Assembly (NCBI GenBank): GCA_963629425.1
Contig: CAVGIU010000002.1
Span: forward strand, 112-64,111
Length of the DNA stretch: 64,000 bases
Reading direction: 5' to 3'
Source of the DNA: Oscillospiraceae bacterium
Lineage (GTDB): Bacteria; Bacillota; Clostridia; Oscillospirales; Oscillospiraceae
Shown: in pieces, positions 1 through 8,921 of the stretch
Layout of the letters: the number at the start of each line of letters is the position of its first letter
How positions within the stretch are numbered: position 1 is the first letter of the stretch
Program-made: the position numbers and the translations under genes
Notes under the pieces: generated by a model
Database searches by the model: none
The model's input: the letters and a program-made list of their open reading frames with translations, nothing else
What the model was told of the DNA's origin: nothing

Positions 1-21
1 GCGGACGAGGACAACAACTAA
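1..21 (+). CDS. Last 6 codons of an upstream gene (..ADEDNN*), possibly rpoA
   Basis: In-frame gcg gac gag gac aac aac taa. The acidic tail and the position directly upstream of rplQ fit the conserved rpoA-rplQ order, but only 6 codons are visible. Confidence 0.2.
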   Translation, partial: ADEDNN

Positions 22-45
22 CTCTAACAAGGAGGAAACACCGAA

Positions 46-387
46 ATGCCCGGAACAAGAAAGCTCGGCAAGACGACCGATCAGCGCATGGCAATGCTCC
101 GTCAGCAGGTAACCGATCTGCTCGATAAGGGCCGCATGGAGACCACTGTCACCCGCGCAAAGGAGATCGCTCCCATGGCCGAGAAAATGATAAGCCTCGG
201 CAAGAAAAAGGATCTCGCAGCATACCGTCAGGCACTGGCCTTCATCACCCGTGAAGACGTTGCAAAGAAGACCTTTGATGAGCTGAGCGTTAAGTACGCC
301 GACCGCAACGGCGGCTACACCCGCATCACCCGCATCGGACCCCGCCGCGGCGACGCAGCCGAGATGGCAGTCATCGAGCTGGTCTGA
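46..387 (+). CDS. rplQ: 50S ribosomal protein L17
   Basis: 113-aa [24 protein letters not shown]...[16 protein letters not shown] is a full-length L17-type sequence. RBS aaggagga lies about 9 nt upstream. Confidence 0.95.
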   Translation: MPGTRKLGKTTDQRMAMLRQQVTDLLDKGRMETTVTRAKEIAPMAEKMISLGKKKDLAAYRQALAFITREDVAKKTFDELSVKYADRNGGYTRITRIGPRRGDAAEMAVIELV

Positions 388-406
388 TCAGCATATAAAC
401 TAAAGT

Positions 407-433
407 AAAGCACCCCGATAATCGGGGTGCTTT
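407..433 (+). terminator. Rho-independent terminator after rplQ (stem GCACCCCG/CGGGGTGC, then TTT)
   Basis: aaaGCACCCCGataaTCGGGGTGCttt lies 20 nt after the rplQ stop. Confidence 0.7.
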
Positions 434-641
434 ATGGGCTTTAATGAAGCTGTGCTGCCGAATAACGTAATCCGCGCAGCGGGGGAGTTTGAGGGGGCAA
501 GGCCCGCCTCAAGTTTGATTATAGCCGTCAAAAACGTCCGGTACGGACTTTTTGACGAGCGCAGCGAGATTTTTCGTGAAGCGCAAGCTTCACAAAAAAT
601 GTGGCGTTTATAGCACAAAAAACGGAGTTTTTTGTCGCTGT
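434..641. other. 208-nt non-coding, hairpin-rich insert bounded by two near-identical terminator hairpins
   Basis: Contains at least four strong hairpins: TTGAGGGGGC..GCCCGCCTCAA, GTCAAAAACGTCCGgtaCGGACTTTTTGAC, TTTTTCGTGAAGCgcaaGCTTCACAAAAAA and ACAAAAAACggaGTTTTTTGT. No credible ORF or RBS. Confidence 0.5.
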
Positions 642-668
642 AAAAGCACCCCGTATATCGGGGTGCTT
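642..668 (+). terminator. Second copy of the rplQ-type terminator hairpin, 20 nt upstream of greA
   Basis: aaaaGCACCCCGtataTCGGGGTGCttt is almost identical to 407-433. Confidence 0.55.
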
Positions 669-688
669 TCAGCGTTAGAGGATTAATT

Positions 689-1192
689 ATGCATGACGAT
701 CTGACGAAACAGGATATTGCAAAAATGCAGGCGGAGCTCGACCATCGCAGGCTGGAGCTCATGCCGGAGCTTTTGGAAGAGGTCAAGCGCACCCGCGCCT
801 TCGGCGACCTGAGCGAAAACTTCGAGTACAAGGAGGCAAAGCGCGCGAAAAACCGCAATGCCAGCCGCATCCGCTATCTCGAAAACATGATAAAGTCGGC
901 GCATATAATCGACTCCGACTCCGCCGCCGACGAGGTCGGGCTTTACGATAAAGTCGAGATATATATTCCCGAGGACGATGAGACAAACATCATCCAGGTC
1001 GTGACGACCATACGTACAGACCCATTAAAAGGACTCATAAGCCGTGAATCGCCCTTCGGCAAGGCCGTGCTCGGCAAAAAGGCCGGGGATCACATCATGG
1101 TGTATGTTAATGATAACTACAGCTATGAGGCTGTCATAAAAAGCATAACAAAGGCCGAGGACGACGGCTCCGCGCCCATATTGCAATACTGA
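689..1192 (+). CDS. greA: Transcription elongation factor GreA
   Basis: 167 aa. N-terminal coiled coil with the acidic-tip motif AFGDLSENFEYKEAK, followed by a C-terminal globular domain. RBS-like agaggat upstream. Confidence 0.93.
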   Translation: MHDDLTKQDIAKMQAELDHRRLELMPELLEEVKRTRAFGDLSENFEYKEAKRAKNRNASRIRYLENMIKSAHIIDSDSAADEVGLYDKVEIYIPEDDETNIIQVVTTIRTDPLKGLISRESPFGKAVLGKKAGDHIMVYVNDNYSYEAVIKSITKAEDDGSAPILQY

Positions 1193-1218
1193 AAAAGCAC
1201 CCCATTGGGGTGCTTTTT
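1192..1218. terminator. Bidirectional terminator between convergent greA and the binding-protein gene
   Basis: aaaaaGCACCCCattGGGGTGCttttt has an A-run and a T-run on either side. Same stem sequence as 407-433, 642-668 and 23641-23665. Confidence 0.75.
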
Positions 1219-1240
1219 CAGTGCTTAGGGGATTTTCACT

Positions 1241-2215
1241 TCAGAACTTATCCGGATACAGCACCTGCGCTATAGCCTCGATTGTCGGTACGACGCGGAT
1301 GCCGGGCATCGCATTTTCGAGTGAAAGGCGCACAAAACGCTCATTTTTCACGCAATCGAGCTGTGAAAGCGTTGGATCGGCCTTCAGAGCCGCGACCTTA
1401 TCGTCATAGCTCGAGCCCTCGTAGTCGTGGATTACGATGCACCACGGGTCGGCAGCGACAACGGCTGAGATCTCGACCGCGTCCCAGTCCTTTGTGAGCA
1501 GCTCGCCTGCGGCGTTCACGCCGCCCGCCGCGGCTATGTAAGCAGACTCGATATTTGTGCTGCCCGCCGTGTAGAGCTCATCGCCTATAAAGCTGTCGAG
1601 AACGAAAACACTTTTCGGCTCCGTTATCTCGCCGAGCTTATCCGTTATGGCCTCAAGCCGTGTGCACTGCTCGCTTACTATCTCCTCAATGTTGTCCACA
1701 AGGAACACCTTGCCGAGAGCGCGCAGCTCCTGCCACACGGCCTCGATCGTCCCGGCTTCGCTGACGTATACCGTGATGCCCGCCTTTTCAAGCTGCGCGA
1801 CCGTCAGCTCGTCGTCAAATATCCAGGAGCTTGCGTAGAGAAAGTCGCAGCCGCTGTCTATTATCTGCTGCGCCGTGGGATATCCGACGCTGAGCGTGGG
1901 GATAGAGTCGACCGCGGCACTATACTCTGTCAGGGCACCCAGTGAGTGGTTTTCCATGCACTTGCCGACGACCTTATCCTCAAGACCTAACGCACAGAAT
2001 ACCTCTGTGCAGTTGGGGCCTGCTGTCACGACCTTCTGCGGAAGCGCGGTGACGGTGCTGCGTTTGCCGTGATTTTCAAAGCTCACGGGCGCGTAGCTGC
2101 TCTCCGGAGTCGGTTCCGCCGTGGGCAGAGCGGCGGGCTTGGACTCCTCGCCCTTGCAGGCGCACAGCGAAAATGCCATAACAAGGCACAGTATGAATGC
2201 AATTATCCTCTTCAT
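1241..2215 (-). CDS. Lipoprotein, ABC-transporter substrate-binding protein (FecB/BtuF-like periplasmic binding fold), orphan
   Basis: 324 aa. Signal plus lipobox MKRIIAFILCLVMAFSLCAC. The overall pattern resembles iron-siderophore/cobalamin-type binding proteins. No permease or ATPase gene is adjacent. Confidence 0.7.
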   Translation of the reverse strand: MKRIIAFILCLVMAFSLCACKGEESKPAALPTAEPTPESSYAPVSFENHGKRSTVTALPQKVVTAGPNCTEVFCALGLEDKVVGKCMENHSLGALTEYSAAVDSIPTLSVGYPTAQQIIDSGCDFLYASSWIFDDELTVAQLEKAGITVYVSEAGTIEAVWQELRALGKVFLVDNIEEIVSEQCTRLEAITDKLGEITEPKSVFVLDSFIGDELYTAGSTNIESAYIAAAGGVNAAGELLTKDWDAVEISAVVAADPWCIVIHDYEGSSYDDKVAALKADPTLSQLDCVKNERFVRLSLENAMPGIRVVPTIEAIAQVLYPDKF

Positions 2216-2372
2216 GCTTTTCTCCTTCTGCGAGAAATGAATGTTCTCGGATTATACCACTATATAATTGGCAATTCAACGGCTTTTTGTTAATAAAAAA
2301 GGCATTGAGCATGTGAATAAAGTGTGGTAATATGTATATTTGTCGAAATGTACCTTACGGAGGCATTGATGT

Positions 2373-4508
2373 ATGGATGAAAACACTGTTTTAGACGAAA
2401 TACCGTCCGAGGAGATACCTCAGGCGGAGAAAAAAGGCCGAAAAGGCAGGCATTCCAAACCGCAGAAGAACAAAAAGAAAAGCGGTGGCAAAAAGGGGCT
2501 TGTTGTCGCGCTGTGCGTGATCCTCGCGCTCGCTGTAATAGCCGCGCTGTTCGTGTTCGTCGTTTACGGCGGACGGCACCTGTACCTCAAGGTCGAACTC
2601 GGCGGCGGAGCGCCGGATGCCTCGGCATTCATGAAAAACGGCGCGGAAGCAAGCTATGTCGGCGATGTGAATGTCAGCGAGACCAAAGAGGGCACATACA
2701 TATTAAAGGTCAAAAGCGGCGGCAAGGTGCGCCCGGAGCTTCTCATCGTGCGCGATACGAAGGCTCCCACGACCGACACTACCGAGATAAGTATAACGAT
2801 AGACGATAAGTCGCTCGACGCAAAGGAAGCGCTCGGTGACGTTGAGGATGCGTCGGAGTTTACGGCGGCGTGGGTCAACGAGCCGAGCTACGGTGAGGCG
2901 GGTGTTTATGATTGCAGCATAAAGCTCGAAGACGCCTGCGGCAACAGCCGCACGGCAAAGCTCACCGTCAAGGTACTCGGCCTTGTCGACGTTTTGGAGC
3001 ACGAGGCCGGTCAACCGAGGCCGCAGCTCAAGGACTTCATGGTCGTTGAGCGCGACGACGCGAAGTTTGTCACCGATCTTGATGAGATAGCCTGGGATGA
3101 ACTCGGCGACTATGAGGTCAAGGTCGAGTTTGACGGGAAGACCTACACATCGACCCTGCGCATTGTCGACACCACCGCGCCTGCGCCCGATATGATCCCC
3201 GTGGCGGTGCTCAAGGACGGAAAGATTGAGGCAAAGGATATTGCCCTGAGCAACGGTGACGCGAGCGAGGTAAGCTATGAGTTCACCTCCGAGCCGATTC
3301 TCTCGAAGGTCGGAACTGTCTCCTGCGGCATAAAGGCGACAGACGATGCCGGAAACAGCAGCGATACAAGATGCAAAATCATCGTCTGCGACGCGATAGC
3401 GGAGCTTGAAGCATCGATGGACATGGTAACGGAAAGCGACGTTCTCGCCGCTTTGGGCGAGGACTACGCCGGATATAAGCTCGAAAGCGCGGCATTTGAG
3501 CGCACCGCTCTCGGCGCGCACGCCATGGTTTTCTCCAAGGACGATGACAGGATAACCGTCGGCGTCGTCATAAAGGATACCGTCGCTCCCACGGCTGAGG
3601 GCATCGACTGCCGGTGCAGCACGGGCTACTACTGTGAGCCGATAAAATTTGTCACCAATCTTTCCGACATGTCAAGGGTGACGGCGAGATTCGTAAACGA
3701 GCCCGACTGGAGCGTCGAGGGCGAGCAGGCGGTGCAGATAATCCTCACCGACCGCTTCGGAAACGAGACGACGGTGGATGCCAAGGCGGTCATATCTCCG
3801 GACAAGACCGCGCCCACTATCTATGCCGCACGCGACAGATACTGCTATGTCGGCGAAGCCGTGTCCTACTTCAAGGAGGTCTTTGCCGAGGATAACGCGG
3901 ATCCCGAGCCGACGCTGGATGTCGACAAGTCCAAGGTCGATGCCAAAACTGCGGGAACCTATGACGTTACCTATACGGCCACCGACCACGAGGGCAACAC
4001 CTCGTCTGTTACGGTGAAATTTACATTCATCGAAAAGAAGATAAGCGACGAAAAGCTCGATGAGGTCGTCGACAAGGTGCTTAAGGAGATACTTACCGAC
4101 GATATGACCGTTTCCGAGCAGGCGGCTGCGATCTATGACTATTGCTACGGCAATATCATTTATACCGGTACCTCCGACAAGACCGACTGGAAGAGCGAGG
4201 CCTACCGCGGTCTGACCGAGGGCGTGGGCGACTGCTTCACCTTCTACTCGTCAAGCTATGCCCTCCTGCAGAAGATCGACTGCCAGGTGCTCAGCGTTGA
4301 GCGCATAGGCGGCAGAACGCAGCACTTCTGGTGCCTTGTCAACCTCGGCACGGGCTGGTACCACTTCGACAGCTGCAATGTCGGCCCGGAGAAGCTCAGA
4401 TGCTTCATGAAAACGAGCGAGGAGCTCGTGCAATACAGTCAGCAGTATTGGCGCTTTGACACGACGCTGTACCCGGCTGTCGAGACAATACCGTATTCGA
4501 TGAACTGA
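2373..4508 (+). CDS. Membrane-anchored surface protein with repeated Ig-like modules and a C-terminal transglutaminase-like Cys-His-Asp core
   Basis: 711 aa. Lys-rich cytoplasmic N-terminus followed by one TM helix (LVVALCVILALAVIAALFVFVVY). Four modules are each introduced by D-[TK]-x-A-P-[TA] (DTKAPT, DTTAPA, DTVAPT, DKTAPT). C-terminus has GVGDCFTFYS ... HFWCLVNLGTGWYHFDSC. Confidence 0.7.
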   Translation: MDENTVLDEIPSEEIPQAEKKGRKGRHSKPQKNKKKSGGKKGLVVALCVILALAVIAALFVFVVYGGRHLYLKVELGGGAPDASAFMKNGAEASYVGDVNVSETKEGTYILKVKSGGKVRPELLIVRDTKAPTTDTTEISITIDDKSLDAKEALGDVEDASEFTAAWVNEPSYGEAGVYDCSIKLEDACGNSRTAKLTVKVLGLVDVLEHEAGQPRPQLKDFMVVERDDAKFVTDLDEIAWDELGDYEVKVEFDGKTYTSTLRIVDTTAPAPDMIPVAVLKDGKIEAKDIALSNGDASEVSYEFTSEPILSKVGTVSCGIKATDDAGNSSDTRCKIIVCDAIAELEASMDMVTESDVLAALGEDYAGYKLESAAFERTALGAHAMVFSKDDDRITVGVVIKDTVAPTAEGIDCRCSTGYYCEPIKFVTNLSDMSRVTARFVNEPDWSVEGEQAVQIILTDRFGNETTVDAKAVISPDKTAPTIYAARDRYCYVGEAVSYFKEVFAEDNADPEPTLDVDKSKVDAKTAGTYDVTYTATDHEGNTSSVTVKFTFIEKKISDEKLDEVVDKVLKEILTDDMTVSEQAAAIYDYCYGNIIYTGTSDKTDWKSEAYRGLTEGVGDCFTFYSSSYALLQKIDCQVLSVERIGGRTQHFWCLVNLGTGWYHFDSCNVGPEKLRCFMKTSEELVQYSQQYWRFDTTLYPAVETIPYSMN

Positions 4509-4510
4509 TA

Positions 4511-6007
4511 ATGAAAAACGTACTTGAGTTTTTAGAAAACAGCGCGACGCGCTTAGACTGCAAGACCGCTTTTTCCGACGGGGAGGAGAGCCTGAGCTTT
4601 TCGGAGCTTTTGCGCCTCTCCCGCGCCGGAGGCAGTGCGCTTATAGAGCGCGGACTTAAAAACGAGCCGGTCGCGGTGTTCATGAAAAAAGCGCCGAGGA
4701 CGATAGCCGCGTTCTTTGCCGCTATCTATGCAGGGTGCTATTACGTCCCGCTGGATGCGTCCATGCCGCTGTTCAGGCTGCAAATGATCCTCGGCAAACT
4801 CAAGCCGAGAGCGGTCATCATTGACGACAGCACCCACGAGCTTGCCGCGTCTCTCGCACACGAGGGCAGCGTGATAGCTGCCGAGGAGCTGTTTTCCGCT
4901 GAGGAAAACGCCGCGGCGCTGAGTGCAGTGCGGGCGCAGAGCATCGACACAGACCCTGCGTATATTGTCTTCACCTCCGGCAGCACCGGCGTTCCCAAGG
5001 GCGTTACGGGCAGCCACAGGGCGCTCATAGACTACGCAAACGCGCTGTGCCCGGTCATCGGAGCGGATGAGGACAGCGTATTTGCCATGCAGGTGCCGCT
5101 GTATGTCGATGCGTGCATGAAGGAGCTCTTGTCTGTCATAAAATGCGGTTCGACGGCCTATCTCATGCAGCAGAGCATATTCATGTCCCCTATAAGAGCC
5201 GTGGAATTTTTAAACGAGCACAGGGTCAACACCCTGTGCTGGGTCGCCTCGGCGCTGACGATAATATCCGGTCTCGGCGCGTTTGAGGATATAAAGCCCC
5301 AATTTATGCGCACGGTCTGCTTCGGCAGCGAGGTATTCCCCGTAAGGCAGCTGAAGCTCTGGCAGGAGGCCTGCCCCGGCGCGAAGTTTATTAACCTCTA
5401 TGGTCCGACGGAGGCGACGGGGATGTCGTTTTACTTCGTCGTTGACCGAGCGCTTGAAGACGGCGAGCCCATCCCGGTGGGGCGTCCGTTTGACAACACC
5501 GGCTTTATGCTGCTGCGCGACGACGATACGCGGGCGCTCCCCGGCGAAACGGGCGAGATCTGCATCCGCGGCACGGCGCTCACGCACGGATATTTTGACG
5601 ATCCCGAGCGTACTGCGGCTGCGTTTACGCAAAACCCCTTAAATCCGCACTATCCCGAGCTTATATACCGCACGGGAGACCTCGGAAGACTCAACGCGCG
5701 CGGCGAGCTGGTGTTTGTCTCGCGCAAGGATCATCAGATAAAAAACATGGGTCACCGCCTCGAACTCGGCGAGATCGAGGCCTGTGCCGACGGCTGTGAG
5801 GGCGTTGTGCGCTCGTGCTGCCTGTTTAATAAGGAAAAGGGCAAGCTCAGCATGTTCTATATGGGCTCTGCCGACGAAAAGACGCTTGGCAGATACCTGC
5901 GGGGAATGCTTCCGCGGTACATGCTGCCGTCAAAAATAAAGCGACTCGATGCTCTGCCGCTTTTGGAAAACGGCAAGATAGACAGAAATTCACTAATGGA
6001 GATGTGA
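4511..6007 (+). CDS. Amino-acid adenylating enzyme, DltA-like (carrier-protein ligase)
   Basis: 498 aa, stand-alone AMP-binding domain. Motifs IVFTSGSTGVPKG, YGPTEAT, YRTGDLG and NGKIDR. Starts 3 nt after the upstream stop. Substrate specificity cannot be read from the sequence. Confidence 0.8.
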   Translation: MKNVLEFLENSATRLDCKTAFSDGEESLSFSELLRLSRAGGSALIERGLKNEPVAVFMKKAPRTIAAFFAAIYAGCYYVPLDASMPLFRLQMILGKLKPRAVIIDDSTHELAASLAHEGSVIAAEELFSAEENAAALSAVRAQSIDTDPAYIVFTSGSTGVPKGVTGSHRALIDYANALCPVIGADEDSVFAMQVPLYVDACMKELLSVIKCGSTAYLMQQSIFMSPIRAVEFLNEHRVNTLCWVASALTIISGLGAFEDIKPQFMRTVCFGSEVFPVRQLKLWQEACPGAKFINLYGPTEATGMSFYFVVDRALEDGEPIPVGRPFDNTGFMLLRDDDTRALPGETGEICIRGTALTHGYFDDPERTAAAFTQNPLNPHYPELIYRTGDLGRLNARGELVFVSRKDHQIKNMGHRLELGEIEACADGCEGVVRSCCLFNKEKGKLSMFYMGSADEKTLGRYLRGMLPRYMLPSKIKRLDALPLLENGKIDRNSLMEM

Positions 6008-6237
6008 CTATGGACGAAATACTTGAAATACTCGACGGCCTCGGCCTGGATGCAGACTTTAAAAACTGCACGACGCTCATTGACGACGGCATTCTCGAAA
6101 GCCTCGATATCGTTACCATTATTGCGGAGCTTTCCGACGCTTTCGATATAACCATTCCCGCGCGCGATATCGTGCCCGAGAATTTTAACTCCGCCGAAGC
6201 CATGCTGAGCATGGTAAACCGCCTGCTCGACGAATAA
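6004..6237 (+). CDS. Small carrier protein, DltC-like
   Basis: 77 aa from GTG 6004, or 75 aa from ATG 6010. DDGILESLDIVTIIAELSDAFDI matches the DltC/ACP phosphopantetheinyl-Ser context. Overlaps the ligase stop codon. Confidence 0.8.
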   Translation: MTMDEILEILDGLGLDADFKNCTTLIDDGILESLDIVTIIAELSDAFDITIPARDIVPENFNSAEAMLSMVNRLLDE

Positions 6238-6240
6238 GCC

Positions 6241-7824
6241 GTGCTTTTCACGTCCTATGGCTTCATAGCCTTTTTGGCAGTGCTTTTTGCGCTGTACTAT
6301 GTGATACCCAGGCGCTTTCAGTGGCTGCTGCTTCTCGCCGCGGACATAGTATTCTATGCCTGCGCGGGCTGGAAGGGTCTGTGCTTCATGGCGGCGACGG
6401 TCGTCATCTCGTGGGCGGCGACCAACCTCATGGGTGTGTCGCTTAAGAAGCAAAAGGCGTTTTTATCCTCTCCCGAGGGCAAGACGCTTGAGCGCCCCGA
6501 ACGCAAGGCATACAAAAAGCAGTGCGAAAAGCGCCGCAAGCTGATATTTGTGCTGGCGCTTGTTGCCGATCTCGGCATACTCGCCGCACTCAAATATACA
6601 AACTTCCTGATAAATAACGTAAACTCGCTCTTTTCTGCCGGTATCGCGGCGGTTGACTGGGTGCTGCCCCTCGGCATATCGTTTTATACCTTCCAGACCG
6701 TCAGCTATGTTATCGACGTGTATTGGGAAAAGGTCGAGCCGGAGAAGAATATCCTGCGCGTTGCGCTGTTTACATCGTTTTTCCCGCTGCTCATTCAGGG
6801 ACCCATTTCGCGCTTCGGCGACCTTAAGGATACCCTTTTTGCCGGGCATAAGGCCGATTTCAAGCAGATATCCTTCGGACTTCAGCGCATACTGTGGGGC
6901 TATTTTAAAAAGCTCGTCATTGCCGACAGGCTGCTTGTCGCCGTGACCGCGCTGTGCGGCGATCCCGAGGCGTACACGGGCGCGTATGTTTTCATAGGCG
7001 CGGTTCTGTACGCGGCCGAGCTCTACGCCGACTTCACCGGCGGCATAGATATCACTATCGGTATAGCGCAGGTGCTGGGTATAAGCGTGAAGGAAAACTT
7101 CATTCGCCCGTACTTTTCGCGCAATATCGCCGAGTATTGGCGGCGCTGGCACATTTCGATGGGCACATGGTTCAAGGATTATATCTTCTATCCGCTGTCC
7201 GTCGCGCCGTGGCTTTTGAAGCTCTCAAAAGGCGCGCGCAAAAAAATATCCGACGGCTTCGGAAGAAAGCTGTCGGTGTATGTCTCGACGATCGTTACAT
7301 GGTTCCTCACCGGCCTTTGGCACGGAGCTGCGTGGAACTTCGTCGTGTGGGGACTTCTCAACGCCTTTTTCATCCTGCTTGCCGAGGAGTTTAAGCCCGT
7401 TTCGCAGCGCTTTCGCGCAAAGCACGAAAAGCTTGTCTCCGGCTTTGGTTACAGGGTGTTTGAAACGCTCAGAACATTCCTGCTCATGTGCTCGCTGCGC
7501 GTTCTCGACTGCTATCGCGACGTAACAGTGTCCTTCCGCGCGATAGGCACGGTGTTTACCGACTTTAACTGGCGCGAGGCGTTTTCAGGAACGCTTTTGC
7601 AGCTGGGGCTGACGGGCGCAGACTACATCGTCGCGTTTTGCGGCGTTATCGTCATGTTCGCCGTCTCCTGCGTGCAGGAAAAGCGCGGCAGCGTGCGCGA
7701 GGTGCTGTGGGAAAAGCCTGTTTTGAGCTACGCGGCGTTCTTTGTTCTCGCCATCGCTGTCCTCACCCTGGGAGCTTACGGTGTGGGCTACGATGCGTCG
7801 CAGTTTATCTATAATCAGTTCTGA
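6241..7824 (+). CDS. MBOAT-family membrane O-acyltransferase (DltB/AlgI-like)
   Basis: 527 aa, polytopic. Conserved blocks RRWHISMGTWFKDYIFYPL and TGLWHGAAWNF (His-containing MBOAT core). GTG start 4 nt after the carrier-protein stop. Confidence 0.85.
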   Translation: MLFTSYGFIAFLAVLFALYYVIPRRFQWLLLLAADIVFYACAGWKGLCFMAATVVISWAATNLMGVSLKKQKAFLSSPEGKTLERPERKAYKKQCEKRRKLIFVLALVADLGILAALKYTNFLINNVNSLFSAGIAAVDWVLPLGISFYTFQTVSYVIDVYWEKVEPEKNILRVALFTSFFPLLIQGPISRFGDLKDTLFAGHKADFKQISFGLQRILWGYFKKLVIADRLLVAVTALCGDPEAYTGAYVFIGAVLYAAELYADFTGGIDITIGIAQVLGISVKENFIRPYFSRNIAEYWRRWHISMGTWFKDYIFYPLSVAPWLLKLSKGARKKISDGFGRKLSVYVSTIVTWFLTGLWHGAAWNFVVWGLLNAFFILLAEEFKPVSQRFRAKHEKLVSGFGYRVFETLRTFLLMCSLRVLDCYRDVTVSFRAIGTVFTDFNWREAFSGTLLQLGLTGADYIVAFCGVIVMFAVSCVQEKRGSVREVLWEKPVLSYAAFFVLAIAVLTLGAYGVGYDASQFIYNQF

Positions 7825-7832
7825 GGCGAAAA

Positions 7833-8921
7833 ATGAGCGGAAAAAGCAATAAAAAACTGCATATTGTCTGCCTTGTTGCCTTTGCTGTGCTGCTTTGCGC
7901 TGCCGTCTGGCTGCTCGGAAGGGTACTGGAACCGAAGTACATGTCCGGCGTTTTGGAGGGCGCGATGACGCGGGAGTATTACGACGAGCAAAACTCTCAC
8001 GACGTCATATTCGTCGGCGACTGCGAGGTCTATGAAAACTTCTCACCCGTCACATTGTGGGAGGAAAAGGGCATAACAAGCTATATTCGAGGCTCGGCGC
8101 AGCAGCTTATCTGGCAGTCGTATTATCTGCTGGAGGAGGTTTTCGAGCGCGAAAGCCCGAAGGTCGTTGTGTATAACGTCCAGTCGATGAAGTACGATAC
8201 GCCGCAGAGCGAGGCGTATAACCGCATGACACTTGACGGTATGCCGCTGTCAAAGCATAAGATCGACGCGATAAAGGCCTCCATGACCGAGGATGAGGAC
8301 GTGATTAGCTATCTTATCCCGTTCCTGCGCTATCACTCGCGCTGGTCGGAGCTAACGGCCGAGGACTTTGAATACGCCTTTCGCCGCGAGAGTGTGACGA
8401 TAGCCGGCTACCTCATGCGGGCGGACGTCGAGCCCATGACAAAGCTGCCGACAGCCCCGGTTTTGGACGACTATACGATCGGCGACACATGCTGGGAATA
8501 CCTTGACAAAATGCAGAAGCTGTGCGATGCTAACGGAGCGACGCTCGTGCTCATAAAATCGCCGAGCCTGTGGCCGCACTGGTATGCCGAGTGGGATGAG
8601 CAGATAAGCTCCTATGCCGACAAACACGGCCTTGATTACATAAATCTTTTGAATGCCTCCGAAGAGATCGGCATAGACATGCAGACCGACACATACGATG
8701 CCGGGCTGCACCTTAACATCTACGGCGCGGAAAAGCTCTCGCGCTATTTTGCCGACATTCTCGCCGATAAATACGGCGTGCCGGACAGACGCAGCGATGA
8801 AGCAATCGCCGCCGACTGGGAGGCAAAGAGCGAGGCATATTATGAGCTCCTCGCCGCGCAGAAGGCGGAGCTTAAAGAATACGGATATCTTAAAAGCTGG
8901 ACACTGGGGGAGAAAAAATGA
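7833..8921 (+). CDS. Membrane-anchored SGNH/DltD-like protein with GDCEV in place of the GDS(x) nucleophile block
   Basis: 362 aa. N-terminal TM anchor (LHIVCLVAFAVLLCAAVWLLG). Block-I-like VIFVGDCEVYENF. C-terminal D..H-containing TYDAGLHLNIYG. Sits in the position that dltD occupies in dlt operons. Confidence 0.55.
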   Translation: MSGKSNKKLHIVCLVAFAVLLCAAVWLLGRVLEPKYMSGVLEGAMTREYYDEQNSHDVIFVGDCEVYENFSPVTLWEEKGITSYIRGSAQQLIWQSYYLLEEVFERESPKVVVYNVQSMKYDTPQSEAYNRMTLDGMPLSKHKIDAIKASMTEDEDVISYLIPFLRYHSRWSELTAEDFEYAFRRESVTIAGYLMRADVEPMTKLPTAPVLDDYTIGDTCWEYLDKMQKLCDANGATLVLIKSPSLWPHWYAEWDEQISSYADKHGLDYINLLNASEEIGIDMQTDTYDAGLHLNIYGAEKLSRYFADILADKYGVPDRRSDEAIAADWEAKSEAYYELLAAQKAELKEYGYLKSWTLGEKK

